64,000 nt of DNA from Chrysomallon squamiferum (Eukaryota; Animalia; Mollusca): NCBI GenBank assembly GCA_012295275.1, contig CM022678.1, positions 7,750,001 through 7,814,000 of the forward strand. The letters are read 5' to 3'. Positions 44,199-56,597 of this stretch are shown piece after piece (the stretch's first letter is position 1; each line of letters starts with the position of its first letter). The notes under the pieces were generated by a model. That model made no database searches. It worked only from the letters and a program-made list of their open reading frames with translations, and was not told where the DNA came from. A program made the position numbers and the translations under genes.

Positions 44199-46727
44199 AT
44201 GTATGTATGCATGTTAAATGTATTGTCCTTTGGGAAATCTGAATAATGGATTCCTTTACTAATCATAGTAAATGAAATGACATTTATTTGAATAGTATTA
44301 CTACTGTACAACACTGAGTAGATGATAGAAACTTGCTGAGTTTTTTTATTTTGTTGATATACACTTATGATGGATACACAAACAAAACAATCTAAATGTG
44401 TTTAGTATGTTTCCAGTTAAACAATTTCAGAATGTGTAAAATCAAATCAGTTGTGTCAATATCAAAAAAAAACATTTAAAATAGTTGTTTTGAGAGAATA
44501 TTGAAGGAAACTCCATTTTGGGTAGACTGCACCTTTTCCCTTTTTAATTTGAATTAATTATCCATTGGTACATTTACTCATTCATATTAGTACTTGTTAA
44601 TTCCAGATTGCTTTCATTATCCATTTGTATAAAAAACATTAAAAAACAGTTTTAGGAGGAACATACATTTAGCTAGGTTGCACCTTTTCCCTTTTTAATT
44701 TGAATTAAGTATCCATTGGTACATTTACTCATTCATAGCAATACTGTGTTGATTACAGATTGGGAAACAGGAGGATGCAGAACAGAAGAAAGGAGAAGAG
44801 AAAGCGAGAAGAAAACAGATTTATGAACAGTATTTGCAGAAACAACGACAGAAAGCGGAGGAGAGCGACCCATAGAACCGAACAGAGCCTCAGACCGCAC
44901 TGCCAAGTCAAAACCAAGACCAAAGTCTGTGTTTGTGAAGGCTACACCCTCTGATCAGGAAGACACAAGTTCTGTTGGGTCACAGGACGATACATCAATT
45001 CGTGGATTTGGTATGAAATCATGTCCTTATGGTTGTAAGTTTGTGCTGGTTTTGCTTGTCTAGTTTTTGTTCTATTCTTCTTTTTGTTTGTTTTTGCTTG
45101 TGTTTATTTTCCTGTTCTTTTGTGCATTTGTGGTTGTTCTCAGTGGAATATTTAGTTGATGGTTTACTTGACCGCATTTTGTGAATTTAAATAAGGTATT
45201 GTTTAACTGGAAAACTAATAAAATATTCCTATTATTTTTTTATATTAGATATCTACTTTATATTACAATATTGTATGGACAATGTACATGTTATTAAATT
45301 TATTCTCTTATTTATTTTATTATTTTATTTTGGTTCTGTTCATTTATTCTTCTTTTTAATACAATTATTTATTACTAATATTCATAAAATTTATTTTTCT
45401 GTTGATGTTTTTATTTCAATACAAATTTTATCTTTTATTTTTATTTATCTCTTCATGCTTTCTAATGAATGTGTATTCTCCGTTGCATATAAGAATTCAA
45501 ATTTCCATTAATTTTGTTGATTAGAAAAAATACTTTGGCTTTTACAGCTTCAAAGCTTTGTCAGTTACAATAAAGCTGTCTATAGATGTAGTTTCCTTGT
45601 AAAGTTTATCAATAAAATCTAGCAAAGGTGTCTTAACCGAAGCAAGGAAAATCAAAATGCAGAGAAAAGTATTAAAAACTAATAAATAAATAAAAGTAAA
45701 AACAAAATTTATAATTTTACTTTGAGAAAAAACCAAACAAAAAAAACCAGAATTAATTATTAAAATATGAAAACAATACTATGCCAAACAGAATAAGATT
45801 AGTATTCTCTTCTGACAGATTAAAAATAATCATCGAACTTTCATGGAATTTCTTGCCTGCTTGAGGAGATTATATCTTTGAAAATTGCTATAATTTAGTT
45901 TAATTGTATCAATAAGAAAAATAAAATATAGGAGTATCTGTTTTGTTTTAAACCTGAAGTAGTACATGATCAACCATTTTGATTTTTGTTTTATTAGAAT
46001 AATGTATTTTAAATTTACCTTTAAATATGTAAGGAAAAGTGTTTTCAATCTCACTGATCTTTAATAAAAGATAGAAATTTGTTAATCTCTTCAAAAAGGC
46101 AAGAAATGAATAGTATTTAACCAAATTAATGCTATACAGTCTCTCCTTGGTTTTTGCTTTTTATCTGTATGTCAGGAATAAAATAAATGACATTATTTAA
46201 AATTGTTTTTCTGATAAATGGGGTTTTGTTTCCTTTTTTTTCTTTCTTTTAATCATTTTCATTTTGAAAGTACAAGAAGTTTTGGAATGAACTATAATCT
46301 GAATTTTTTTAAAGTGACAAATGGGTGTTATTATTATTATTATTATTATTATTAAAATAACTAACCAGAGAAAAAATCAACCAAAGCGTTAGAAATGTGT
46401 GATTATAGTCATTTATTTGCTTCCTGCATGATTTAGGTAAAGGAATTTTTGACTTTATTTTATTTTCAATCTGGGTTTTTTTTTCTGTTTTTTGTTGCAT
46501 TGGTTTGTTTGCTTGTTTCAGCCTCCCATCCTTCTCACTTTCGTATTGGTACACCTCGCGGCAATATGAGAAAAGCAGGTTTGTTCTCATCCACATCTAG
46601 AAAATCACAAACATCCTGAATGTATTTTGTATTCTAATAGTTTTGTGGTTTCTATTTTATACAGAAATCAGTAACAGAGTGTATGCCAGCATTTTGTGAT
46701 AATATACTCAATCTGAATCTCTTTTAA

Positions 46728-46767
<40 letters not shown>

Positions 46768-47077
46768 CTCAAGTGATACAGAGATATGAAAACAACAAAA
46801 GTTCTTTTTTCTAAGTTATACACTTTATTATTAGAAAACACTTTGGTGAACAGAAAAAAATTAAACAGTAAACATGAACTATGCAAAATACATTTAGGCC
46901 ATTTGGACCATCAGATATATTCAGCTTTTATGTTAAAAACTAATAAAAATTATCATCATCCATCAGTTTAAAACATAATAATTATCATTCAGTCATCCAT
47001 ATGTTTTCATAAGCCCATCATTTAAAATTTTAACCATTTCTTTGCCTTACAGATATTTCTTTCCATTTTTTCTTTTG

Positions 47078-47136
<59 letters not shown>

Positions 47137-50100
47137 GTCAAAAGTCTTTCTGCTCTTAGTTTAATTCTGATTGCATATTTACAAAACTTTCATTCGCTTA
47201 TCCAGAATATATATATATATATATATCACAGACACATAAACTTGATAAAACTTTTTAAAAGCTTTTAGCACCATGCTACTGCATGAAACACCCAGGTTAT
47301 ACATTTTTGTTTATGTATCAGATTATTAATTTATTGTTTTAAATATACATTTGAAAAAAATTCACTTTTTAACTCATACTAAAAAAAATTTAATTTTTAA
47401 TGGTAAAATTTATTACTGAACTTAGTGAGTGGTTAATTGTACAATAAATTAATGATGAGATAAAGCATTAATTATTACTGGTAGTATTTATAATGTAGAG
47501 TATATAATCTATTTGTTTGCAACTTTCTGCTTTTTTTAATAATTATTTTTTTAATGTTTATTATTATTATTTGATGTTTAATATTATTATCATTATTATT
47601 ATTTGTAATTAAACTTGAAAAGTATCAGTTTTCTCTCATTGTTATATAATTAGCATTTTGATTTTTCTGTTCTGTTCTTTTTCTCTTTTTAATCTTTTCT
47701 TAAAATAAAATTATTTATTGATTTATTTATTGATTGATCGATTTATTTATTTATCCATCATTATGTCATTAATTGTTTTTGAGATTTCAAGTAATATAAC
47801 ACAAACTTTCAAATTGTTTTGTTTTTGTTTTTCTGTTAGTTTGCTGCAATGTACTTACACAAAACAGGCAGACAGGGGGAGCCACATACAGAAGACCTCC
47901 ATCTCCAGGTACATTAATCATAAACAATATAAATTTGTCTCATGTGACACCATCTCCAGGTACATTAATCATAAACAATATAAATTTGTGTCATGTGACA
48001 CCATCTCCAGGTACATTAATCATAAACAATATAAATTTGTCTCGTGTGTCACCATCTCCAGGTACATTAATCATAAACAATATAAATTTGTGTCATGTGA
48101 CAGCATCTCCAGGTACATTAATCATAAACAATATAAATTTGTGTCATGTGACAGCATCTCCAGGTACATTAATCATAAACAATATAAATTTGTGTCATGT
48201 GACAGCATCTCCAGGTACATTAATCATAAACAATATAAATTTGTGTCATGTGACAGCATCTCCAGGTACATTAATCATAAACAATATAAATTTGTCTCAT
48301 GTGACAGCATCTCCAGGTACATTAATCATAAACAATATAAATTTGTCTCATGTGACACCATCTCCAGGTACATTAATCATAAACAATATAAATTTGTGTC
48401 ATGTGACAGCATCTCCAGGTACATTTAATCATAAACAATATAAATTATACAATTTGTGGTGACAACAGGATTCTGTAGTCTAACTCCATTACATCATAAA
48501 CCTCTCCTACAACCATGTACTTGATGCTTACTTTTTATTTTACAAAGTTCATAATTATTTATGGATTTATAGCTAATACTAATTTGTTTTAATTTATTTT
48601 TATTTTTATTTTTAATTTTTCAGACTTGTACCGGTTAGGAAGAAGAACTCCGAGAATAGATGGAAGTGAAGCTGGTGAATATTCAGGTTAGATAACTCTA
48701 TTATTAAAAGTAAATTTATTACTACATCATCATTATTGATACTTTTGTTATTGTTGTTTTTGTTATTCTCAGTATGAGTAGCTTTGAATATCATAGCTAA
48801 TCATAAAATATAATATTAGATGCACACATTTTTTAAACTTTTTTTATCCATTTTAACTGTTAGTAATTGCTTCACAGTATTGTGAAACTGAATTTTTTAA
48901 TTTTTTAAATTGAACACATTCTTTTCCTTTCACATTAAACAGATTGTAAAATATGTTTAAATTTCTTTCAGTCAGGATAGGACAGTAACATATCTAAACC
49001 TAAAAAACCCACTTTATTCATTTTTTAAATCCTAAATTAATCACAGTGTTTAGTTTGTCAGTGGTTGTTGTGTTTCTTTGTTTGAACAGGACCAAAGCTG
49101 TACGTGAAGCCAAGTTCTAAATCTAATCGTCACATTATCCTCAACGCCATCAGCCACTGCTGCCTCGCAGGCATCGTCAACACAGACCGAAAAACAAAGT
49201 TTTAGAGGTGACACTTAATACATATTTGTATCTCATAGACTTCATTTAGTTTTCTTGTAGAATTATTCTTTCATTATATTTGATTGTCTTTTAGAAAACA
49301 AACAATAATAAGAAACAGACAGATTTTACAAGTAAATTAATTCTTTTTTCTGATTTATCCTAATCTTGTTAATGTACAGTATTTTACTACTGTTTGTTAT
49401 TATTGTGTGTTTTTGTTTTGTTCCAGTGACAACATACATTTCTAAGTCTGATCACTGTGCTGAGGTATTTTCAATGACAGATCATTGTTATTAATTGTTG
49501 TAGAATTATAGAAATACCTCAGAATGGAATAAATCTACAGGATAGGTGTGAGTGTCTATAATTTTATCAGTAATGACTTTAATTTTATACCCTTTGTTAT
49601 TATTGCAGAGCAAAATCAGCTTTAGCTGCTTTTGAATCCTTGATGTAAATACCACTTATGTATTTTTATTATTTATTTATTTTTTTGTTTATCAGTATAT
49701 ATATATTTTTTTTTATCAGATTTATTTATTTATTTGTTTGTTTATTTATTTATTTATTTTGTTTTGTTTATCAGCATATTTATTTATATTTTGTTAATCA
49801 GTTTATTTGTTTGTTTCTTTGTTTGTTTGTTAGTATGTTTGTTTGTTTGTTTGTTTGTATATCTAGGAACTGGCTAAGTCTGATGCTAAACACTGTGTAA
49901 TTCTGTTCTGAGATGGAGGATGGAGGACCTAAAGAAATTACCAGTATAAAATGATTCATAGGTTTTAATATTTTATACCTGTCATAGTATTGCTACATAA
50001 ATAAATACTTTTATATGTAAGCACATATTTAATATATTATGTCTAACATCATGTACATTGCTATATAAATAAGTAGTTTTGATAAGAAACTTTATTTTTA

Positions 50101-50222
50101 TATTATTTTAAATCTGTCTACATCTTTATAAATTTGTACATTTCTCAACATGCAGCTCATTAATATAATATAAAATATGTGTTTGCAAATAATGTGTTTA
50201 CTAATTAGCTATGTTATTGTTA

Positions 50223-50254
<32 letters not shown>

Positions 50255-50685
50255 TTTTTTTAATATAAACTGAAAATAATTAGGTGAACTTTTATACTGA
50301 AGAAATTAAATTAAAATTTTTGTATTTCTGAATAAAAAAAACTGATAGAGCCTATAACAAGAACTTAATCTGTGGTGTGATTAGATAGTGAGGATAAACA
50401 ATTTATCAATATATAATTTCTTATTAATAAAAACCAAATACTTTATTTAGTTTTAAGTTCTTTTCTTATATTCTTTTTTTTTTTTTTTATAATTTATTAA
50501 TTATGTTACAGAACTGACTGCTTAAGATTAAAATATTTCAGTGAATGTAAATGTGTTTTTAAGAATGCTTTCTGATTAGGAATGAGTCAATACTAATGAA
50601 TTATTGTTTTACTTATTAATTACCTTTGGACAAAGTATTCTGGTTTTTTCAGTTTCTTTCTTTTGACATCTCTTTCACAATGAAC
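43436..50685 (+). repeat. Arm A of a >=7 kb inverted duplication (partner ~55808-64000, continues past the window end)
   Basis: Window end 63961-64000 reverse-complements to 43436-. Colinear through exons and introns to 50624/56172, then 50625-50685 matches ~55865-55808. Confidence 0.96.
47899..48446 (+). repeat. 51-bp minisatellite x11 spanning an exon/intron junction
   Basis: Unit CATCTCCAG|GTACATTAATCATAAACAATATAAATTTGTGTCATGTGACA(C/G), starts at 47900+51n. Confidence 0.97.
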
Positions 50686-50885
50686 NNNNNNNNNNNNNNN
50701 NNNNNNNNNNNNNNNNNNNNNNNNNNNNNNNNNNNNNNNNNNNNNNNNNNNNNNNNNNNNNNNNNNNNNNNNNNNNNNNNNNNNNNNNNNNNNNNNNNNN
50801 NNNNNNNNNNNNNNNNNNNNNNNNNNNNNNNNNNNNNNNNNNNNNNNNNNNNNNNNNNNNNNNNNNNNNNNNNNNNNNNNNNNNN
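50686..50885. other. Assembly gap (200 N)
   Basis: Run of N. Confidence 1.
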
Positions 50886-51649
50886 TTTAAAATATGATTC
50901 GTTAAATGATTACAAAATATGTAACATAAATTTCAAAATTATTGGTTGTAAATAATAATGAAAATTAAATGAAATTAAGTGAAATGTATATATATATTAT
51001 ATGTATCTAAATGCAATGCAAACAATAACTGGAATCAGACTGAATTCATATGAAAATGGAGAGAAAAAAATTACATTTTTACTCAAATGCAGTGAAAATA
51101 CTTTATGAATGAAAATATGGTGAGAAAAAATAGGGGTGGCAAAAATCAGGATAGGGGGAATAACTTATGATGATATCTCACATTTGGATATGTAAGGAAA
51201 AATAAATTAAAATAATGATAAAATAAATAAAATGAAAATATATATATATAAAATTAAATTCAAAATATTGTGAATCCAGTTTCATTCTATATCAACATCA
51301 CTAAAATTAATTTTTAGCTAGGACCAAAAAAAAAAAAAAAACAAACAAAATTAATTAAAAATATTTAATCTATGCATTCTATAATATAGCTAAAACAAAC
51401 CAGTGTAAAATTAGATTTAACTATTATTATTTATTTTATATTCTATTTTTATTTTACAGATGTATTTTTTCTTATTATATTTTACATATTATTAATTATT
51501 GTTCATTGATATTTTTTTTTACTAAAACAAGACACTCAGAAATTAATATTACTTTTTACTTTAAATTTATAAAACAAAATTAATAATAATCATTATTATT
51601 ACAATGATGAAGATAGGAATAATATTTTACAATTTTGCATAGAATTTAA

Positions 51650-51703
<54 letters not shown>

Positions 51704-52736
51704 TATTATTATTATTATTATTATTATTGTTATTATTATTAAAAAAATATAAAAAGTTTGCTGATCTTTCTGTTCAAATTTAAAGTATTTTACAGAATTA
51801 AATTTCTCTGGTACAGTAGATATCACTTTTAACACACAATAAATAAAATAAATATGGAAGCCATTCTAAGAATCACAACTCTATGCAAACACAACATGTA
51901 AAAACTAAACACTAAGTTGCTGTCAGAATTTGCTAATAAAGTCACATTGTAATCACACTTGAACAATTCTCAGATGGAAGCTTGATGAATATGACCCCTG
52001 ACCTTGTTATGTGTGTATGTGCATGTGTGTGTTCTTGTGTGTGAATTTTTTTTTGTCCTGTGTATGATGTGTGTGTGTACATTGTGTAAGGTGTGTTTTG
52101 ATATGTAAATGTGTATGTTTGTGTAAATGTGTGTGTGAATTTTTAATTTTTGGGGGTCCTTATGAATGTATGGTGTGTGTTTGTGTTCTTGTGTGGGATA
52201 TCTAGATGTGTGTGTATTTTGTGTTGTGTGTGTTTGATGTGTAAGGGTCTGTGTATGTGTGTCTGTGTATATGGATATTGAGTGTATGTGTAGATATATG
52301 AGTCTTTGTCTGTGCATTTCTCACAACTCAAAAAGCAGAAACAAATAAAATGAAGTAAGAAAAAACCCACATTGCAATATAATGCCATAAAATGCAAAAT
52401 GAAAGAAAAAAATTACAAAAATAAATCAGTGTAAACATGTATTTCAGAAGTGTGTGACTTGTAATAAATAAAATACAAATACACAAGAACAAACAAACCC
52501 AGTTATAAATCTGCAAGCTTTTATGAGATTCACAGTGTAAAATTATGTGACCAAAATTTACACTGTTATTTAGACACAGTATTTCACTATACAGTTATTT
52601 TGCCTAGATGACAAACATTTAGTGTAACTCAGTTTATTAAATGTAGACAAATACACAGATCTAAATAAAACCATGTCCTGTATGTAGTAGATTAAAAATA
52701 TTATCAGCTTAGTATTAATATAATTATTCATGTACC

Positions 52737-52787
<51 letters not shown>

Positions 52788-53355
52788 TGATGATGATGAT
52801 GATAATTTATTTTAAAAGATAGAGATTATCTTATTTATATATGTATACATAGCATTACATTTAGCTAATGAAAATACATTAATTTCGATCGAAAAGGTTA
52901 GTAAAGGTTTCTCGATATTATTTTGAATTGGATATAATCTAATATTTCTCTACCTATATAACATTGTTTTCTGGGTTATTGTACTTAATATTATCATAAA
53001 TCTAAAATTATTCAAAATTATATGTTTTACAGATTTCTATATGGTTTAGTTTCTAACTTCATAACTGAAATGCACTTTTTTAAATCAATTTGTTTTATAT
53101 ATAATGTGTACAGTTATGAATATTCATTAAGCATCCATTATGCATGCAAATAGTAAAAAAAGTGAAATTAAACGTTAGTTCTGTAGCCCAACATTTCTGC
53201 AAACCCTCTTTAAAGGTTTCTGTAAGAAATGTACAGAAACAAATTTTATTAATATATTAATATTATATTTATCTCTTATTAAGGATTAGAGTTTCTTGGT
53301 GTATGTAAAAATGGTAACTTAAAACTGGTTAATAATAATAACAATAAAAAGATAA

Positions 53356-53388
<33 letters not shown>

Positions 53389-53712
53389 TTGTGCTACTAG
53401 ATTCTAGTAACAAAAACAACATGGGTTTTACTGAAAGAAATTTTCATGAGTTTTAGACAAGTTTCACTTTGAAATTTTCTTTTCTTTAACATTTAGCACT
53501 ATAGAACTTAAATTCATCATGAAACACAACTGGAAAATTCCACAGGTATAAAACACAACTCTTCTTTTTTAAAATAAATAAGTCATTTATAATTGAGAAG
53601 CAATATACAGTAGCACATTATTATAGTTTAAATCAGTTTTGAATGCAGAAACTGTGATGCAGCCTGATTAATCATGTTAAAAATATTTCCAATCTAAAAA
53701 ACTTGCAGCTAG

Positions 53713-53925
53713 CTATATCTGACAAACAGTGATTTGAAATATCATGAGTTCATTGTAGATTTTATTTCACACCTATGAATTAAAGATCTCAATATTCTGA
53801 AAAGGATTAATTATAAATTTGCATCTATATCTGACAAACAGTGATTTGAAATATCACGGGTTCATTCTAGATTTTATTTCACACCCATGAATTAAAGATC
53901 TCAATATTCTGAAAAGGATTAATTA
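53713..53925 (+). repeat. Tandem duplication, ~112 bp x2
   Basis: CTATATCTGACAAACAGTGATTTGAAATATCA...GAAAAGGATTAATTAT at 53713 and 53825. Confidence 0.92.
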
Positions 53926-54102
53926 TTTTAAGCTTATCATTTCTAGATTATAAATATAACAATTTAAATAAATAAAAATATTTTTAAATTAGCAGATTTC
54001 AATAAGCATATTTTAACTGGCACACTCAAATTAACATTTTCCCATTGGCATATTAATATTTTATAGTTGAAATTTGCTTGTATAAAGCTGTGATGTTCTA
54101 GT

Positions 54103-54810
54103 CAGCATATTTAAATTAGCATGTTTCATTAGCATATTTATATAGCATGTTTAATTAGCTTATTTAAATAGCATGTTTCATTAGCATATTTAAATTAGCA
54201 TGTTTCATTCGCATATTTAAATAGCATGTTTCATTAGCATATTTAAATAGCATGTTTCAATAGCATGTTTCATTAGCTTATTTAAATAGCTTATTTAAAT
54301 AGCATGTTTCATTCTTATTTAAATAGCTTATTTAAATAGCATGTTTCAATAGCTTATTTAAATAGCATGTTTCAATAGCATGTTTCATTAGCTTATTTAA
54401 ATAGCATGTTTCAATAGCTTATTTAAATAGCATGTTTCAATAGCATATTTAAATAGCATGTTTCATTAGCATATTTAAATAGCATGTTTCATTAGCTTAT
54501 TTAAATAGCATGTTTCATTAGCTTATTTAAATAGCATGTTTCATTAGCATATTTAAATAGCATGTTTCATTAGCTTATTTAAATAGCATATTTAAATAGC
54601 ATGTTTCAATAGCATATTTAAATAGCATGTTTCATTAGCATATTTAAATAGCATGTTTCATTAGCTTATTTAAATAGCATATTTAAATAGCATGTTTCAT
54701 TAGCATATTTAAATAGCATGTTTCATTAGCATATTTAAATAGCATGTTTCATTATTATTTAAATAGCATATTTAAATAGCATGTTTCAATAGCATATTTA
54801 AAATTAGCAC
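54103..54810 (+). repeat. Satellite of alternating 13-bp monomers (26-bp dimer)
   Basis: TAGC(A/T)TATTTAAA alternating with TAGCATGTTTCA(T/A). Confidence 0.95.
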
Positions 54811-56000
54811 ACTTAAATTTAAAGTAGTTTTAAAAATGCACATTAAACCTGAACTGAAACAATGTTTATGGTTAAAAATAGATGAAAATGTATGAAAAAT
54901 GACAAAACGAATTTATGAATTTTAAATGTACATCATCAAAGCCAAATTTACATAATTTAAAATAATAATATTTAATCCATAATAAAAAACACATGATTAA
55001 AAATAAATGTTTTTTATTTAACAAAATAATTTTAAATTTTGGATATTTTTATAAATGAGTTTGAGAATTTCAATAATATTTAAATAATAAAATGTTTAAT
55101 TATCTAAATAATAATAAAGCAATAATAAATAAATAATAACTGCAATAATAATAATAAATCATTTTCTGAAAAACTTTTGTTTAATTTACTACAAGTATTA
55201 AGATGGTATAAAAATGATTAGTAAAGCTGGAAACACTTTATAAAAACATGACAATGACTTAGCTACTTTGTGTACCTTTTATAGAAACAGGTCACATTTA
55301 CTTCACATGAAGAACATTAGGAACATGGAAAAGATGTCTCATACAACAAATATTAAAAATATTATTTGTCATAAGGCATTGAGATTAAATATTCAGTTAC
55401 AATTTACTAAAAATGAGAAAATGTAAGCAATATTTATGTATTCAAAAAAAAAAAAAAAATAATAAAATAAAATAAAATAAAATAAAATTACTTGAATGGT
55501 TTAACTAAGAAAAATCTCTTGAAAGTAACGGATGTATTTTTTTTGTTTATAAAAACAAAAAGTGGATCAATGTTGTCTAAATTAGGGGTTATATTTCCAA
55601 TGTAGCTTTTAGTTTATCTTATTCATGGTTATAAGATTTAAAAAAAAATAAAGAAATAAAGAAAAGAAACAAACTTTGTTTAACTATGAAATATTTCTTC
55701 AGATATTTAGATATTTTGAAAGACTACACAAACAATTGTAATACACACTTTCTGCATCTGACAAACTACTGCAAAAAGTGAAAGAAAAACTTTTTGAAAA
55801 GCTTGGTGTTTTCATTGTAAAGATATTAAAGAAAGAAAAGAAAAAACAGAACACTGTCCAAAGGAGCAAAAAATAAAAAATGTAGAAAACATTTGTCATC
55901 ATAAATTGTAACCATGACAACAATGTAAAGAGCCAACTGCTGCTGCAGCTGCTGATGATGTCAGGATGATGGTGATGTGTGTTGTGAGATCTACGTCTTC

Positions 56001-56539
56001 CTAATACACTTTCTTTGACGTTGCTGGTGGTTTCCCAGTCTTCCAGAGAGAATTATGAATAACAACAGCATCAATGGACACAGATAAATGTTTGCTTGAT
56101 GTCAGTGAAACTTTTAGCCCCAGAATTATATCTGTGAGAAAAACAAAATAATATTAATTAATTTATTACATGGTAATTAATAAGTAAAACAATAATTCAT
56201 TAGTATTGACTCATTCCTAATCAGAAAGCATTCTTAAAAACACATTTACATTCACTGAAATATTTTAATCTTAAGCAGTCAGTTCTGTGACATAATTAAT
56301 AAATTATAAAAAAAAAAAGAATATAAGAAAAGAACTTAAAACTAAATGAAGTATTTGGTTTTTATTAATAAGAAATTATATATTGATACATTTTTTATCA
56401 TCACTATCTAATCACACCACTGATTAAGTTCTTGTTATAGGCTCTATCATTTTTTTTATTGACAAACACAAAAATTTAAATTTCATTTGGTCAGTATAAA
56501 AGTTCACCTAATTATTTTCAGTTTATATTAATAATTAAT

Positions 56540-56597
<58 letters not shown>

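Larger units (their letters stand above)
40321..49965 (+). pseudogene. CAMSAP: CAMSAP/Patronin (microtubule minus-end binding protein) unprocessed pseudogene, copy A
   Basis: Exons: 40321-40409 (LSRKGIYIMEKDESPVTE..F*V), 40693-40778 (HIALIDALMLAY), 41190-41307 (TFNASSELP..NKV), 41665-41777, 42050- (DICLKD..ANSLY; CH domain), 42443-42578 (VPISNATKRSF), 43286-43376, 43920-44047 and 44759-45010 (coiled coil, EEKARRKQIYEQYL, KPRPKSV), 46522-46578, 47840-47908, 48624-48686 (EYSG), 49090-49207 (PKLYVKPSSKSNRHIILNAISHCCLAGIVN; CKK), 49867- (ELAKSDAKHCVILF*DGG). Stops, frameshifts, missing central exons and missing last exon. Confidence 0.93.

Noticed and set aside
47718-48462. 236-aa and 175-aa repeat ORFs as stand-alone genes
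   Set aside because: They are two frames of the 51-bp minisatellite; only meaningful as a possible exon extension.
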